A stretch of 62,426 nucleotides of DNA, the filler included, from Sluysia triapertura (taxonomy: Eukaryota), in the NCBI GenBank assembly GCA_046118255.1. It is 5 parts of 5 records of this genome, joined end to end, with 100 filler letters (N's around TTAATTAATTAA, not from the genome) between each part and the next. Parts side by side here need not be neighbours in the genome. Positions count along the whole stretch, not along the records: positions 1 to 15,597 come from JBJNIA010223796.1; positions 15,698 to 27,013 come from JBJNIA010186057.1; 3 more parts are not named here. One strand, 5' to 3'. The position numbers were made by a program, and so were the translations under genes. Shown here in pieces: positions 14,065 to 27,113 of this stretch (positions within the stretch are counted from its first letter, which is position 1; each line of letters starts with the position of its first letter). The notes under the pieces were generated by a model, which was not told the DNA's origin, made no database searches, and was given only the letters and a program-made list of their open reading frames with translations.

Positions 14065-15581
14065 TTAATGAAAAAAAATCCAATATTATGGAATCATCTT
14101 TAGGAAGCAGTAATTTTGGTGATGGTATAATGAATTCCAGCTTTATCCAAAATAATCCAACATCTACATCTCATGCTCCTCTTATGAAATGGAATGTATT
14201 AAGAAATCAGCAAGGGACAGTGTTTGAAGAACTTGATGATAGTAAAGTTGAAAAGCATCTAGATTTGGATGGCTTTGAAAAAATATTTCGTTTGCCCCCT
14301 CCAGTTACCAATGGTTGTAAACAAGCAACAACATATGAAAATGAATATGACATACCTCCTTGTTCTGATACAATTGATGGTGTTTTACAGAAAGCTGGTT
14401 TTGATGTTGGAGGAGTGAAACGTACGAGTCAAAACAGTAAACTAAGTCAACGAAATAAAAGTGAAAGTGTTGCAAATACTATTACGGAACATGAAAATAT
14501 TAAACATGAAATGCCATTTGTTACAGCTTCAACTAATGTGTCTAATACAGATCATGATAAAATTTCGCTATTGGATGGAAATAGAAAAAAGTTTGAATCA
14601 TTTGTTTACTCTAAATTATATATATGCAAAATACAATATACATGTGAAAATTATTTAGTATTTTGTAGGATTTTATTTAATGATAAGAACAAAATCTATA
14701 AATATTTGTGATTTTTTCTACCAGCATTCGGCAATAATAAGTAGTAAATTATACAACTCATCTTATTTGAAATCCAGCAAGTCTCTTTTTAGAATTGCTC
14801 ATATATATTTACTTCACACGTTTTGTATTTGATAAGGTTAAAATCTAGTGAATTCAGAGAGACGCTTTACTCTTAGAAATAATCTTAGTAATTTTTGTAT
14901 GAAATTTGTATTTGTAAATTTTATGAAATCCGACACTTTTTCAAATTATATTTTTTAATTGCAGTCTTTTTACTGGATCCTATTTGTAACATGAATGCAA
15001 AACTTTACCTAAATTATCTGTCGACAAAATCACTACTTTAAATGAATTGTAAATGCCTTTTAACAGTTGTATATTTGTGCTAAATATGTTAAATTCATTA
15101 ATATAGATGATCAAATGAAAATTATTCCATTTCAGTATTTACGAAAATGTTTTACTAAATTATAAGATGTAATCACAAATTTATATGAAATTAGTTTGTA
15201 AATAAACATTCTACAAAGTTTATTGTATTTTATAGTTGTTTGAAAGTGGTTGTGGAATATTTAAAGCAGGAAAATTTATTGTTTAATAAAAATGAATCCG
15301 AAAGTGCCACAAAGGTTACATTCCGTGAGTGGGGACGGCCACTTGCGTTTGCAATATCGAATTTAGAAATGTCATCTGAAGCTGCAGACAGACTTTTATA
15401 TCAATTACCAAGTTTTCAAGAGATTGACATGTATCGTGATATTTCTGGAGATAGTCTTGATGTGTTAGCGGACGAAGATAGACTTATAGCTCTGTTGTCT
15501 TGCTTGGATCGTGTTGAGATGAAATTAGAAGCAATTTTATATATGGATGCTTTTGAAGAAACTTATTTTGGATTACAAGAA
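14065..15581 (+). CDS. FMNL: Formin (FMNL-like) FH2 region, partial; exons 14065-14590 and 15236-15581
   Basis: MKWNVLRNQQGTVFEELDD...LDLDGFEKIF, ISLLDGNRK|NCL and LADEDRLIALLSCLDRVEMKL match FMNL FH2 motifs (FNW...GTVFNEIDD, LLEANRAKNL, LSDEDRFM). AG/GT splice sites join in frame; the gene runs into the contig end. Confidence 0.85.
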
Positions 15582-15597
15582 GTATGTTTACATATAT

Positions 15598-15697
15598 NNN
15601 NNNNNNNNNNNNNNNNNNNNNNNNNNNNNNNNNNNNNNNNNTTAATTAATTAANNNNNNNNNNNNNNNNNNNNNNNNNNNNNNNNNNNNNNNNNNNN
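15598..15697. other. Artificial contig linker (N44-TTAATTAATTAA-N44)
   Basis: The identical 100-nt spacer, with stops in all six frames, recurs four times. Confidence 0.97.
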
Positions 15698-16437
15698 TAA
15701 CTTTATTAGCTGATCGTAATATTCCGCTTAAGATAATAATATTGTCTTTTAGAATCATGTACAAAACACACTTTACTAGTCGGCTTATCCATTTCTACAT
15801 ATTTTCGTTTAACTCTATATACATCTTTAACAGGTTTATCTATTTCTAATTTTGTTCGTCTAACTTTATATACATCTTTGACAGGTTTGTCTATTTCTAA
15901 TTTGGCCCATTATACGCTGACTAAATGGAGATCGAACAGTATTGCCATGACAGTGCCTTTCAACTTCGTTCGAAGATCATCTATGATTAAATCACACAAT
16001 TTACTAGCGAGCATCGGTTGAAGAGTTACCAGATCCTCTTTTATCAAAATTAATGAACAGCTATCTGCTCTTATTAGTAGACTCACATTTTGAAGAATTT
16101 TAAAACCAAGTGTTGTGACTTTCAAATCATCACATAAATCTTTTAATAAATCGTGTATCATTTCATTTACGTTTAAATTATTTTTATATGCACCTCGACA
16201 TCTCTCAGTATGTTTTGTTGATGATGATTAATTAATTAGGTTCGGAGCATATGGTGACGAAATTGTAACGGAACCATCACCATTAGTTGAAATCACAGGT
16301 TTAAAGTTGACTGATGCGTTTGATACAAACTTAGATAGTAGTCTTTCGAAGCATAATTTACCGATAATACTAGTCGTAGAAACGTTAATATTTGAACTTC
16401 CACTCTGCTTAAGTTCTATACATAATGGTAATATCAT
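15698..16437 (-). pseudogene. Chimeric ORF: cGMP phosphodiesterase (PDE5/6/11-type) GAF-A fragment + 51-bp tandem repeat + family tail
   Basis: One reading frame with two in-frame TAA (16228, 15910). HDLLKDLCDDLKVTTLGFKILQNVSLLIRADSCSLIL...LASKLCD resembles GAF-A ELVKDIS..LDVTALCHKI...LISADRYSLFL...LISRLFD. It is followed by KLEIDKPVKDVY repeats and HDSKDNIIILSGILRS. Confidence 0.8.
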
Positions 16438-16590
16438 TCTGGTATTAAAATCTAATGATAAAAATTTCGATATACGAACGAAATTCTAAAAGTTTTTAAT
16501 TTTCTATTTTTTAGTTATTAATAAAGTAACTCTTTATTAATAATTCTACCTGTTTTTATTTTTAGTTTAGGCAATTTCGATTGTGGTTGG

Positions 16591-16749
16591 TCATCCAATC
16601 AGGCCTTTAAAAAAGATAGGTGAGTAAAATAGGTCCTGATTGGATGATGAACAATTCTGCTGCAAAAATAGTTACTACTGATGATTGGCCATCATCAGTG
16701 TTGACACATTAATGAGAATTGTGATACATTGTGTCAACACTGGTGATGG
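16591..16749. promoter_or_regulatory. Inverted CCAAT pair (CCAATCAG-N33-CTGATTGG) plus a second 20-bp inverted repeat
   Basis: TCATCCAATCAGG and CCTGATTGGATGA (16591-16647); CCATCATCAGTGTTGACACA and TGTGTCAACACTGGTGATGG (16689-16749, 19/20 match). Confidence 0.7.
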
Positions 16750-16884
16750 TAGCGACCAGATTTTGGCATTTATAAGTAATTAAGTAAAATAATTTAATTT
16801 GTACTTTATAAAATAATTTAATAATTGATAATAATAATAATAATAACAATATTGTTATTATTATTATTAAATAAAAGAAAATCG

Positions 16885-16950
16885 CATAAATGTCTTTTAA
16901 CTATATTTTACACGATCTTTTCTTTCTTCTATATCTTAATTCTAACATAT
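16885..16950. promoter_or_regulatory. Conserved upstream box of chimeric family (copy 2)
   Basis: CATAAATGTC...TTACACGATCTTT. Confidence 0.6.
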
Positions 16951-19900
16951 ACAAGACAAAATGAAATAAAGATCGCTGATATGTATGAAGGAGCAACGAT
17001 AACAGGGTACACAATGCTCGAGTTGCTGCTTCGTTTTATAAAATCAACTCTTTAGAGCTGTGTTAAATTCTTGAAGGATTTAAGTATGTTGGAATGAATT
17101 AGAATGTATTTTGAAATAACCATTGTATTGGTCTATAAATATATTGTGAGAAAAATAACTATTTGATTTGAAAACGCTGAGTTATTTTTTATTCAATTAC
17201 CAGATATAAATTGAAAATTTTAATTAACTCAAATATTACCTATTTTCTATGCTACCTAAAGTTACATAAATTTAAAATGTAATTTAACTTAAATATGAAC
17301 ATCATTTAAGGATAGCTTCTTGTCACATATTGTAGCATTTATTATTTTACAATGTTTATTATTCTTTTGTTTGTTTTGATCTATTGTTTACGTACTTTGA
17401 TTTGAAATTTATTATTATTATTAATTAATTAATTAATTAAATTAAAACAATTAATTATTTTTTGTTTTTAAAAAGCACTATTATGAAAATTGAAGAAGGC
17501 TGGATATCAAAAAGCAACCGTCTCGAATCAACTAAAAAGTATTGAGTCAGAAAAATCTGGAAATCTTGATGTTATTGCAGGCATACCGAATACCTTCGTA
17601 CCAAAATTTTTATTAAACATCAAATCAGTAATGGCAGATGCACCGTTTGATGAATTTCTAAGTTGTTGATTAAATGGCGTCTTAAGAATACAAATTATGT
17701 TTTTGAGAACGATTTTCTTGACTCCAAAAAACTGAGATGTTTGATAAATATTTATGTAGAAGATTTTATAGTAGAGCAATATGGATTTTTATCAACTATT
17801 AAGGAACAGATTGTGTTTAAATGATAGATACAAGTTCAAAAACTGTTTCATCTATAATGTTGCTGGAGTTCGTGATAGTCGTAAATTAGATGTTATGTTA
17901 TTGGAAGCATCTGCTCAATTACAATAGGACGATGAAGTTATTGTTATATTTTATAAAAGTATTAGCAAAGTTAGGTTTGTAATTGCCTGACTTCTCAGTA
18001 TTTTATTTTGGTTTTAAATGTTGATTTGAAATATTGAGTTGTTGCAACGGTAATTTTGAAAATGACAAATATCAACCAACTCCCTTCACGAGTTTCAGAA
18101 GAGAATGTGTTTCTGTTGCATAGTTCCGGTGATTTTTGTTTCAAAACTCTATTGTTAGTATACGACAATCACGTTATTATTAAAAGTGATCCACATAATA
18201 AAATATTGTTTATATGTTTTTGAATACAAATTCGAGCAATGAGTTTAATAATCTGTAATAGTGAATATACCAATTTGTTTATTTATTAATTAGTTTATCG
18301 TTCAATTGTACGTTCAGATATAAATGATAAATTTAAATTTAAACAACTTTTCAAGTAGCCTGAGTACCGTTATATATTACTTTGCGAAACTAGAGGATGT
18401 TTCCACGTCGAGATAAGCGCTCTCCAAACTCGTTAATCTTATTAACTTCTAAATTCGATCTACAGAAACATCTTTGTAGATGTTTTATGAAAGAATTATA
18501 ATGATCACTTGATGCGACAGCTCTTGGCTTCAAATGGTTGATTTTGTTGATAAATAAGAACATTTTGGAAAATTCATTGTTTAACTTTCCTTGTTAATCT
18601 ATATGTAGCATTCCTACAGGATTTTTGCTTTGTGATGCTAACAAAAAGTTAAGCCAATTATATCAATGATATATATATTTTTTGATGCTCTTATAATTCT
18701 TACGACTTTTTGTAAACTTAAATAATATGTTTGTAACTTCAAAATTTTAACACATTTTGTTATATACAATCATTCTTTTTATATAGCATGTACATTATTA
18801 AGTGGGAAACGAGTTAACACATTCTGCACATGGTATCGCTAGTGTGCAGGAGCCGAAACTCGGATGTAATTATAATAAATAAATTATTATAAGATAAAAA
18901 ACTGACAGATTAATTTTCAACTTGAATTAGGGTAAAATAGCCCGCATAGAATATTTTAACAAACAGTACACTTATACTTTTTCCTTTGGGTAATCTACGA
19001 CTTTTTATTTCATATATTTTTTATCAACTTAAAATACCGACACAATCTCGTTTAGTCTTAAATTCAAAATATATGTTGCTTATGGAAACTCCAAAGAGAT
19101 TTATTACAATAAATAAATAATGAAATGAACAATTTGGAATACAAAAATATAACTATTTCAATAAGCACTGCAAAGAAAAACCGTTATTTAATTTATACTG
19201 TCAAGAATATTTCCGTAGTTATAATATCGAGGTATGTATGTTTTTGATGAGTTTACAGATTTGTGCACATTGGTAATACTCTATAATTGTTTTTTTAATA
19301 ATTTTATGTTATTAGATGCAAAAATTATTTAGCAAAAAATGGTATTGAAAGGGTTAATATGTAAATATGAAGTTTTTAAAAAGATTTCGTAAGATACAAC
19401 AAAAATTTAATAAATATTGCAGTTAGATTTTAAGAATTGTATTAAATAGGCCAAAAATCGAGTTGTCAAAAATTCGAGCATTGGATGAGTTAATCGACTT
19501 TGAATTAAATTCAGTCTGAAATGCTAAAAGTGTGAACGAACATTATCAAATAATAACTATCAGATCTAGGATACCAAATATGAACGAATTTCATTACATA
19601 CAGATTTCAATATTGTTGAATTCTATTGTTGTACAATTATTTTGTTTTTCTGAGTGAAATCATTTTTCGAACACTTATATAACATTACAATATTATTATT
19701 GTAGTTATTAAATTACATTAATTAGCACATAAGTCTTATGCCCTTAGTATTTGAATGAAAGTATTTTTGGGCTGCAATGATCCACTTCAAAATTTATTAT
19801 TTATCAATAATAACAGTCAAAATTATCGAACACAATTAGTTTTCATTCTGTCACAAATTTTACACCTTTTCACCATACAAATCACACTTTTGTTCACATA

Positions 19901-21266
19901 TCTAAAACTTCTGTTACGAATTCTAAAAATTAAGATTAATGTCAAAAAATTACTAAAACAGTCAATTTCATTGAAATAGTTAAAATTAAAATACACAAAG
20001 AAGGTTGCATTTAACGTAAACATTTAAACAATAAAGTAATTATGACATTTTAGTTATTTTCATTTCTTCATTTAATAAACACATATTACTCCGTATCACT
20101 TTTACTCGGCGATTTCGAAAATTATTATTATTGTTATTACTATTATACAATATTATTGTTATACATTTATTGTTGCCTCATTCAATACTACCAATTTGAA
20201 GCTCTCTTTTCATTGTCAAGGTTTAAAAGTTAAAGGCATAGTAACATAAAAGTATTAAAATAAATATTTTTATATTTGTTTTAACGTAAAAAATACAAAG
20301 TAAATATAAGATAATATTAATTATTTTATATTTTATACATGTATTATTTGTCTTTAAGCTTATTTTTAATCATTTTTATTTTTTATTTAAAATTTTTTTC
20401 AAAATCTTTACATTAAACAGAAATAAAAATTTATGCGCCATATTAGATTTTACTTAAAATACAAAGAAACACAAAACATATAAGTCATTTAAGCATCACA
20501 TCAGTCCTTTCATTTAAAAGTCTGCATGATCACAATTCTGATTCAGAAAAAACTTAAAATATAATTATTCGCTATTCGGATTCAAAACATATTCAATTGG
20601 AACTTATTCGGTTAGCTAATCTTAATCTAATTTTAAAATCTATTTTAATATTAGAATACAAATTCTAATTCACTAATCGTTTATAGGTTTTTCTAATTAA
20701 TAATAATTAATTTTTGAATGTCATAATAAACTTTAGTAGAATTTTAGTTACAAGACTTGACCTCTTTGCAACTCGATGTTTTATTCGAATTTGAAATACG
20801 ATGTTACGAGATTTTTAATGATTGTTTATCATACTTATATCTTAAACAAAGTTTTTACGTAAAACTAGTCAATTTTACAACATACATTCTAGTTGTTTAT
20901 ATATTCATTCATTCACTCTCACCTTCTATTAAAATATAATAGTCGACGTATGTGTCATTATAATAAAATTAAGGTTATCTTTAAAGAAAAGTTAATATCA
21001 TTAAATAAGGAATTAAATTTGGGTAAACGAGTTGAATTAAAAATCAAATATGGCGCGAATTACAAGCACAGAATTGTAGGGTAAACAAAATAAATAAAAA
21101 TTTACTCAAGACTCCGAAAAACCACGTTAGCGTAAAGGTTAAATAAACAAATGTACTTAGTTTAATAGCATGTATACGGAAAGTCATAAAATGTCATTGG
21201 ATTATTTCTTTTCAAAATGAAATATGCAGAAATTATAACAGTACAATTTCATAATAAAAATATTAC

Positions 21267-22301
21267 TTGGTGTTTGTGGTAATTCGATATGCAATCCGAT
21301 CTGCGTCTGTGTTTCAACTGGTAATCCATTTAACATGTAGGTAATGCGTAGTTTAAGAGGTAGTAGCTGTAAAATATGTATTATTTAATATTCTATTTAG
21401 AAATAAATCAATTTAATATTTTATTTTTTACTTTTAATTCAATGAATAGAAAAATAATTCTGATTAACTAAGCAATTAACTAAGAAATTTCTTTTCCAAT
21501 CTTTGTTAATTATTTTTATTGAATAAATGGAACAAAACTAAGAAATTCAATTTCATTGGAAAATGAGTTGATAATATTGAACGAATTGAAATCGAGGAAA
21601 CATAAATAGAAATTAATTTTCGAAAAAAGTAAATAAAATTTCAGAAAAGGAAAATTCGTTTCTAAAAATAGAATAGAAGCTTCTAGATTATTTTGTGAGA
21701 ATTGGTGTAGAATAAAGTAAGCCAAAAAATGTGAGTCCACCAACGTACTGGGCTTACCAGTTAGGGCCAGCCGTTGGAATTCGTAAAGAATTACCTAGAA
21801 TGTAACTTTGACTAAGTTTTCCTTTCCTAACGGTTAACAAAAAACGTTCTAAACTGTCAAAATTTTAAAAGAAAATTCTGGAGGTTTATTATAGGTATTT
21901 TACACGGATCCTATTAAAAGGATCTTCGACAATTTTCTATCAAATTTAAGCTCTTTTAAAAAAAAATTAACGGTAGTGAAGATTTATTATACAATAATAA
22001 TTTTTGCAATTGTACAAAATAAATTTACACTTGTTCACAAATAAAATAATGTGTAATAACCTAATATGTAATACTTTATACAGCTAAATATTGTACGCAT
22101 AGAAATATTTTTATTTTATTATTTGTATTCTTGAATCATTGTATTGGACGTCTCTGGATTAATAAATGAAAACAATGGATAAAACAAAACGTACTGTAAA
22201 ATGAAATTTGACTAAATTAAAAAATTACCTCATAAATACCATTCATTTTTAAGTCATTCTCTATAGCATTAACAATGGTTGTCAGAACTTCGTACGAATC
22301 C
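21267..22301 (-). CDS. Two isolated open exons of an unidentified gene (about 22230-22301 and 21267-21366)
   Basis: CAG|DSYEVLTTIVNAIENDLKMNGIYE|GTAATT and CAG|LLPLKLRITYMLNGLPVETQTQIGLHIELPQTP|GTAATA; splice signals are good but the family is not recognised. Confidence 0.35.
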
Positions 22302-23189
22302 TGCAATAATTATGACAATATTTTAGTTTATAAATAAATGTGAAATACAATATATTATAATATTATCCACTATAAAATATGTGTATCAGTATAAGAGCTT
22401 CTTTTGCTATGTATTTTTCAAATTTAACTAAGTCAAGGAATGCATTTTTGAAGAAAATACTGACAGTATTTTATCAGCAACTGCAAGATTTTGTCACTTC
22501 TTTCCTGGAGTAAAACATAATCACTTTTGTCACATTTTGATGATATTAAAAAGGATACAGCGTCATGTAATTAAATGTGATTTATGTATTTAAACAAACT
22601 ATATTTACAATATTAAATATTATTATTCTTTCTGGTTTAATCTGGGTAATTATTGAATGCACCACGTTTATTTTTCATTCGGTTTTTGTTTAATATTGAC
22701 AATTTCCAATAAATCAATAAACAAAATTCTGTTAATCAAAAAATAATTTCAAAAATCCAGTTCCTAGTCTTCCTACTTCGTCCATCACAACAATAAATCG
22801 ATTATATCATTCATTATATCGACAATGCCTTCTTCATTGAATAGCCTAATTTTATTTTCGAAGAAATGTTTCACTTGTTTGAACTTGTGCAAGTATAAAA
22901 ATTGTTTCTCAAACTCGGTGTTGAAATATTTACCATTTAACGTGCACGCTCGAGTTAATTCGAGAGGGATCTCTTTATTGACATTTATCATTTGTGATTT
23001 CGTGAATTTATATAAAGGCTATTGTTTCTTATATTTTACGATTTAGTCATGAAATACCACATACTTGTTTCTCTTGTTTTACTTAATTGTTTAGTTCAAT
23101 TTTTACCTAAGTGTTGCAAAGATAATAAAATAAATAAAATTGCGCATATATTGGGTATTTATATAATTAGTATGTTGCCTAATTTTCAA

Positions 23190-23248
<59 letters not shown>
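23190..23248. repeat. (ATT)n microsatellite
   Basis: Perfect trinucleotide run. Confidence 0.95.
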
Positions 23249-23249
<1 letters not shown>

Positions 23250-23459
23250 TCTGTTGAAAAGTACAAACGATAAAAATGTTTTTTTCGAAACAGCAATTCG
23301 AAAGGAAAGATAATAAAAGTCGATGTACGTGCAAGATTGCAATATTTGGCTCTAAGAAATCCAGTGGATATGAATGAATTAGAAACCACCGTCAACACCA
23401 TCCATCACTACAAGCATGGTCATCGAATTAGAGAGGAAGAATATATATATATATATATT

Positions 23460-25380
23460 ATAGAGGAAAAACTATTAGGGTTAAAATGAGAAAAGGAAAA
23501 ACAGGAATAATAGAAATTTTTGAATTGTAACATCTGTGGGTGGAGAAATAAATATAATCGGAAAACTAAAATGTGAAATCACAGTAAAGTAAAAAACAAC
23601 TCTCCATACGACATAATTATATGAATGAATGTTAGGTGTAATTATTAATATTACACGAAAGCAAAATATTGGCTCCAAATGCACAAACAGTGATTACTGC
23701 TTCGGCTTCGTACAATGGAACATATCTTTACTATTCGAACCTTCAGCATACTTAATTTACTAGTAAACAATTTTATTACCATGAAGTATTAGTAACGTTA
23801 AACATCACGAATTACCAATTAAAATTTATAATACATGCGATTCAGTTAAATTATTTAAAAATCAAAAAATTCGAATGTTAGAACCAGTACCGGAAAATGA
23901 TACCATATGCACAGCCAAAGAGAAACCTCAAATTTATTTAAAGCGAGAATTTACCACGGAAGATTACGACAATTTATCTACGATACCAACACATAAATTA
24001 AAACAACTTGTAAATACCCACAGAGGTTATCGAAAAATCCATATGATACAGGAAGTGCTCCAGTAATCTAACATACAATTCCATTAAGTACGATTAAACC
24101 TATTAAATTATGTTCATATTCGATACCGTTTCATCATATCGAATAAATGAAAGCCAGAAACAAAAAACTGGAAAAAATGTGGAAAATGTTTTTTGTTCGA
24201 CAGAAGCACCAGTCACTTCTCCACGATGTCAGCACACAATGGTGTTATTATATATTCTGCGATCTTCGGAAATCACTTGAAAGAAATAGATGAAGTATTT
24301 TTCTGATTAGAAAATCGACAAAGTGAGAATGGACAAAAGAGAATGTTGTACTTTTAGGAGACATTTCATCTGATCAAAAAAGATAGAAAAGATTAAACTA
24401 TTTCCAACACCTACAAGCTTTTTCTCGGTTTAGTGAATTACAGAAAAATTATAAACAACTTCGTAACCATAGCAAAGCCGTTGAGCGAACTAATCGAAAA
24501 AGAATACAAATGCGTAAAAGAAAGATGTAAATTAAGTAAAAATTTCATACGAAATGATAAACATGAAAAAGAGTCAATTATTAAAAACACTCCTTTATGA
24601 TTTTATACTTATGACAAATGGAAGTGATTTTGCAATTGGTAGTAGTCCTAGGATAAAAAGATGTAATCTAATCGCTTATCAAATTCGCAGGTTAAACTCA
24701 TATGAAATGCGCTTTTCAGTAATTGAAAAGAAATACTTAGCGATTATCTATTCTCTAAAACATTTCAGACAATATTTACTAGGTCGTAAAAAACATTTAC
24801 ATACGAATATTTACATGAGGAAAATTAGAAATGTGATTGGAACCTAGAACTAGATGAATACGATGTCAAAATAGCTTATAGAATAGGAATGCTGATTTTA
24901 CGTCAAGACTAGAAAATGTTAACGAAAAAAGGAAAAATCAATACACAAGCACAAAGTTAATTGATCTTACTATAGATGGAAAGATAACAGACGAATTAGC
25001 TGCAAAATGGAAGTTAGAAAATAACTTATTAAAATATGTAACAAAGAAAGATTACGAACAGTTGTACCTGAATCAAGAAAAGTTATGAAGATAATTGGAA
25101 AAACATTAAAATGAATCAAACAAAAGTATTATTAAATAATGGAGCAATACAGGAGTTAAAAATAAAACACCTTTAAAACCTACGCCAGTGCCAACTGTCT
25201 CATGGAAATTACAGTAATGTGTATTCTAGATCCATTACCAACTACTCGTATGCTCGGATTACCAAACAAGATATCCAGCAACCTTCTCTATGCAAGACCA
25301 AAAAGTGGCACAACTATTTTAAAAAGAAATTACATATCGATAAAAAACGTATAAGAAATTTCACATAGATAGAGATAAAA
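23460..25380 (+). mobile_element. Decayed Ty3/Gypsy LTR retrotransposon pol
   Basis: RT connection (FLGLVNYRKIINNFVTIAKPLSEL), RNase H (FILMTNGSDFAIG...IAY...FSVIEKKYLAIIYSLKHFRQYLLGRK, WNLELDEYDVKIAYR) and integrase start (PLKPTPVP) occur in Gypsy order with many disruptions. Confidence 0.85.
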
Positions 25381-25874
25381 AAACTTCACAAAATTATCAG
25401 AATATATAGATTAACCTTAATCTTCCATAATAGTTTATTGTCTACATAGATTATTTTGTTATATGCGTGAATTCACAATTTAGATCAATATCAGCTACAG
25501 TGTGTAATCTAAATTTTTGATTATATTTATATACATTTACATATATTAGATTACATATATTTACAATGACAATAACAATAACAATAACTTAAAAGAGAAT
25601 CAATAGCTTTAAAGTATAATTATTTTGCGCACATCTGAAGGTGGAATATGTGGAAATTATGGTGCACAGAAATTAAAGAGTTTCGTTTATGTGCATCTAA
25701 AAATATACACAATTAATATTGCAAAAAACAAAGCAGTTAAATCGAAGAATTAATGGTTTAGAGTTTCGATAATGACTTAATGGTGTATAACTTTAATTAT
25801 TGTACTAAATATAATAAGTAAATTGTACTTAAGACTCCAAGTTTTGACTTAAACAGATTTAATAAGCAAGCATG

Positions 25875-26410
25875 TACAGGGTGGCCCAAAAGTAGGTTTA
25901 TAGTTATCACGTAGACTATTCGTAGAAATTCGTTATATCTGTTAATGTAAACATAACCATAAAAAATTTAATCTCACACATGCTCAAAATATCCTCCCCT
26001 TCAACAAAGCAACATTCTTCAAATATCTCCAGGACACTCTGACACAAAGTGCGGCACAAATTCAGATTTTCATCAAGATAAATATAATCTTTTAAATCAT
26101 TTATTGTTTTGGGTTTTTTCTCATAACACCCCAAAAAAGGAATCTATAGGTATCAGGTCAGGTGAACATGGTGGCCATTCGAGGCTGACCATTCTTCCGA
26201 ACCAGAGATGCGGAAAAATTTGGTCAAGGTAGTCTCTTATGGTAGACGCATAATGTGATGGTGCTCCATCTTCCTGAAAGAAAAGTTCGTCAAAGTTAGG
26301 TTTAGTTTAGAGTTTTGGCACTATAACTTCACGAAGAATATCCAGGTAGTTCTCTCAATTTACAGTTCCATTAAAAAACGGGATTGATAATGCACTCAAA
26401 CCGAAATACC
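25875..26410 (-). mobile_element. Tc1/mariner relic (DD37D/DD41D-like), 3' part with TIR
   Basis: TA|CAGGGTGGCCCAAAAGT terminus; transposase FQEDGAPSHYASTIRDYLDQIFP, frameshifted WPPCSPDLIP, and KPKTINDLKD...LCRTLCQSV. Confidence 0.85.
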
Positions 26411-26942
26411 TCTCAATATTTTTTACACTTTTTTTAATTTTCTTTTATTTCTTAATGTAACAGAATTTTAAATATTTCTTTCTTAATATCAGAAATTTTA
26501 AAATATTTCTTTTATAGCTACGGATACATTAGTTTTATTTATTAAAAGATTATTAACAGATTGAAGACAGCGTGTGGCCTGATGAATTCGTGCTTATATT
26601 TTTGTAAATATTTTAAAAAGTAATAACAAAAATTGTTCATTGTTTTTTCATGTTTTATTTACTTGTAATTCTAATTTATTATACGATATTGCATGAAATT
26701 CCAAAAAAACATGAATTTTCGTCACTTTTTCTCAGTACGTTAAGATGTTTTTAAAAAAATTATTATTCTCACAATAAGATTAATAAAAACCTGTTGTTGA
26801 AGTTTTTTCCATCCACATATTTTCACTAATTTTTGCAATTGTTGAGCAATTTTCATCTCAAAATTTCCTTTTGATTTGTTTATATCTACAAATATTTCAA
26901 TATATTATCAGTTTTTATGTCTCGTTATTGATATACTTAGAT

Positions 26943-26966
26943 CAGTGGTGTCAAAGTGGCGGCCCG
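26943..26966 (+). mobile_element. hAT terminal inverted repeat
   Basis: CAGTGGTGTCAAAGTGGCGGCCCG after ACTTAGAT, near the contig end. Confidence 0.6.
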
Positions 26967-27013
26967 TGTATTTACAAACAATACCAGGATAGGTACACGA
27001 ATATTCATCCGTT

Positions 27014-27113
27014 NNNNNNNNNNNNNNNNNNNNNNNNNNNNNNNNNNNNNNNNNNNNTTAATTAATTAANNNNNNNNNNNNNNNNNNNNNNNNNNNNNNN
27101 NNNNNNNNNNNNN
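27014..27113. other. Artificial contig linker
   Basis: N44-TTAATTAATTAA-N44. Confidence 0.97.

Noticed and set aside
15642-15653. TTAATTAATTAA palindromes inside N runs as biological sites
   Set aside because: Identical 100-nt six-frame-stop assembly linkers; adjacency across them (e.g. formin next to PDE) is meaningless.
9580-16437. In-frame stops as evidence of stop-codon reassignment
   Set aside because: Stops are mixed (TAA, TAG, TGA) and accompanied by frameshifts, while eIF4B, LRRC74 and formin exons are clean under the standard code.
17480-18200. Coding-like stretch (GNLDVIAGIPNTFVPKF...)
   Set aside because: Multiple stops and no family I can name.
22750-23000. Walker-B-like FIVVMDEVG in a shifted frame
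   Set aside because: Single short motif without a Walker A; insufficient evidence.
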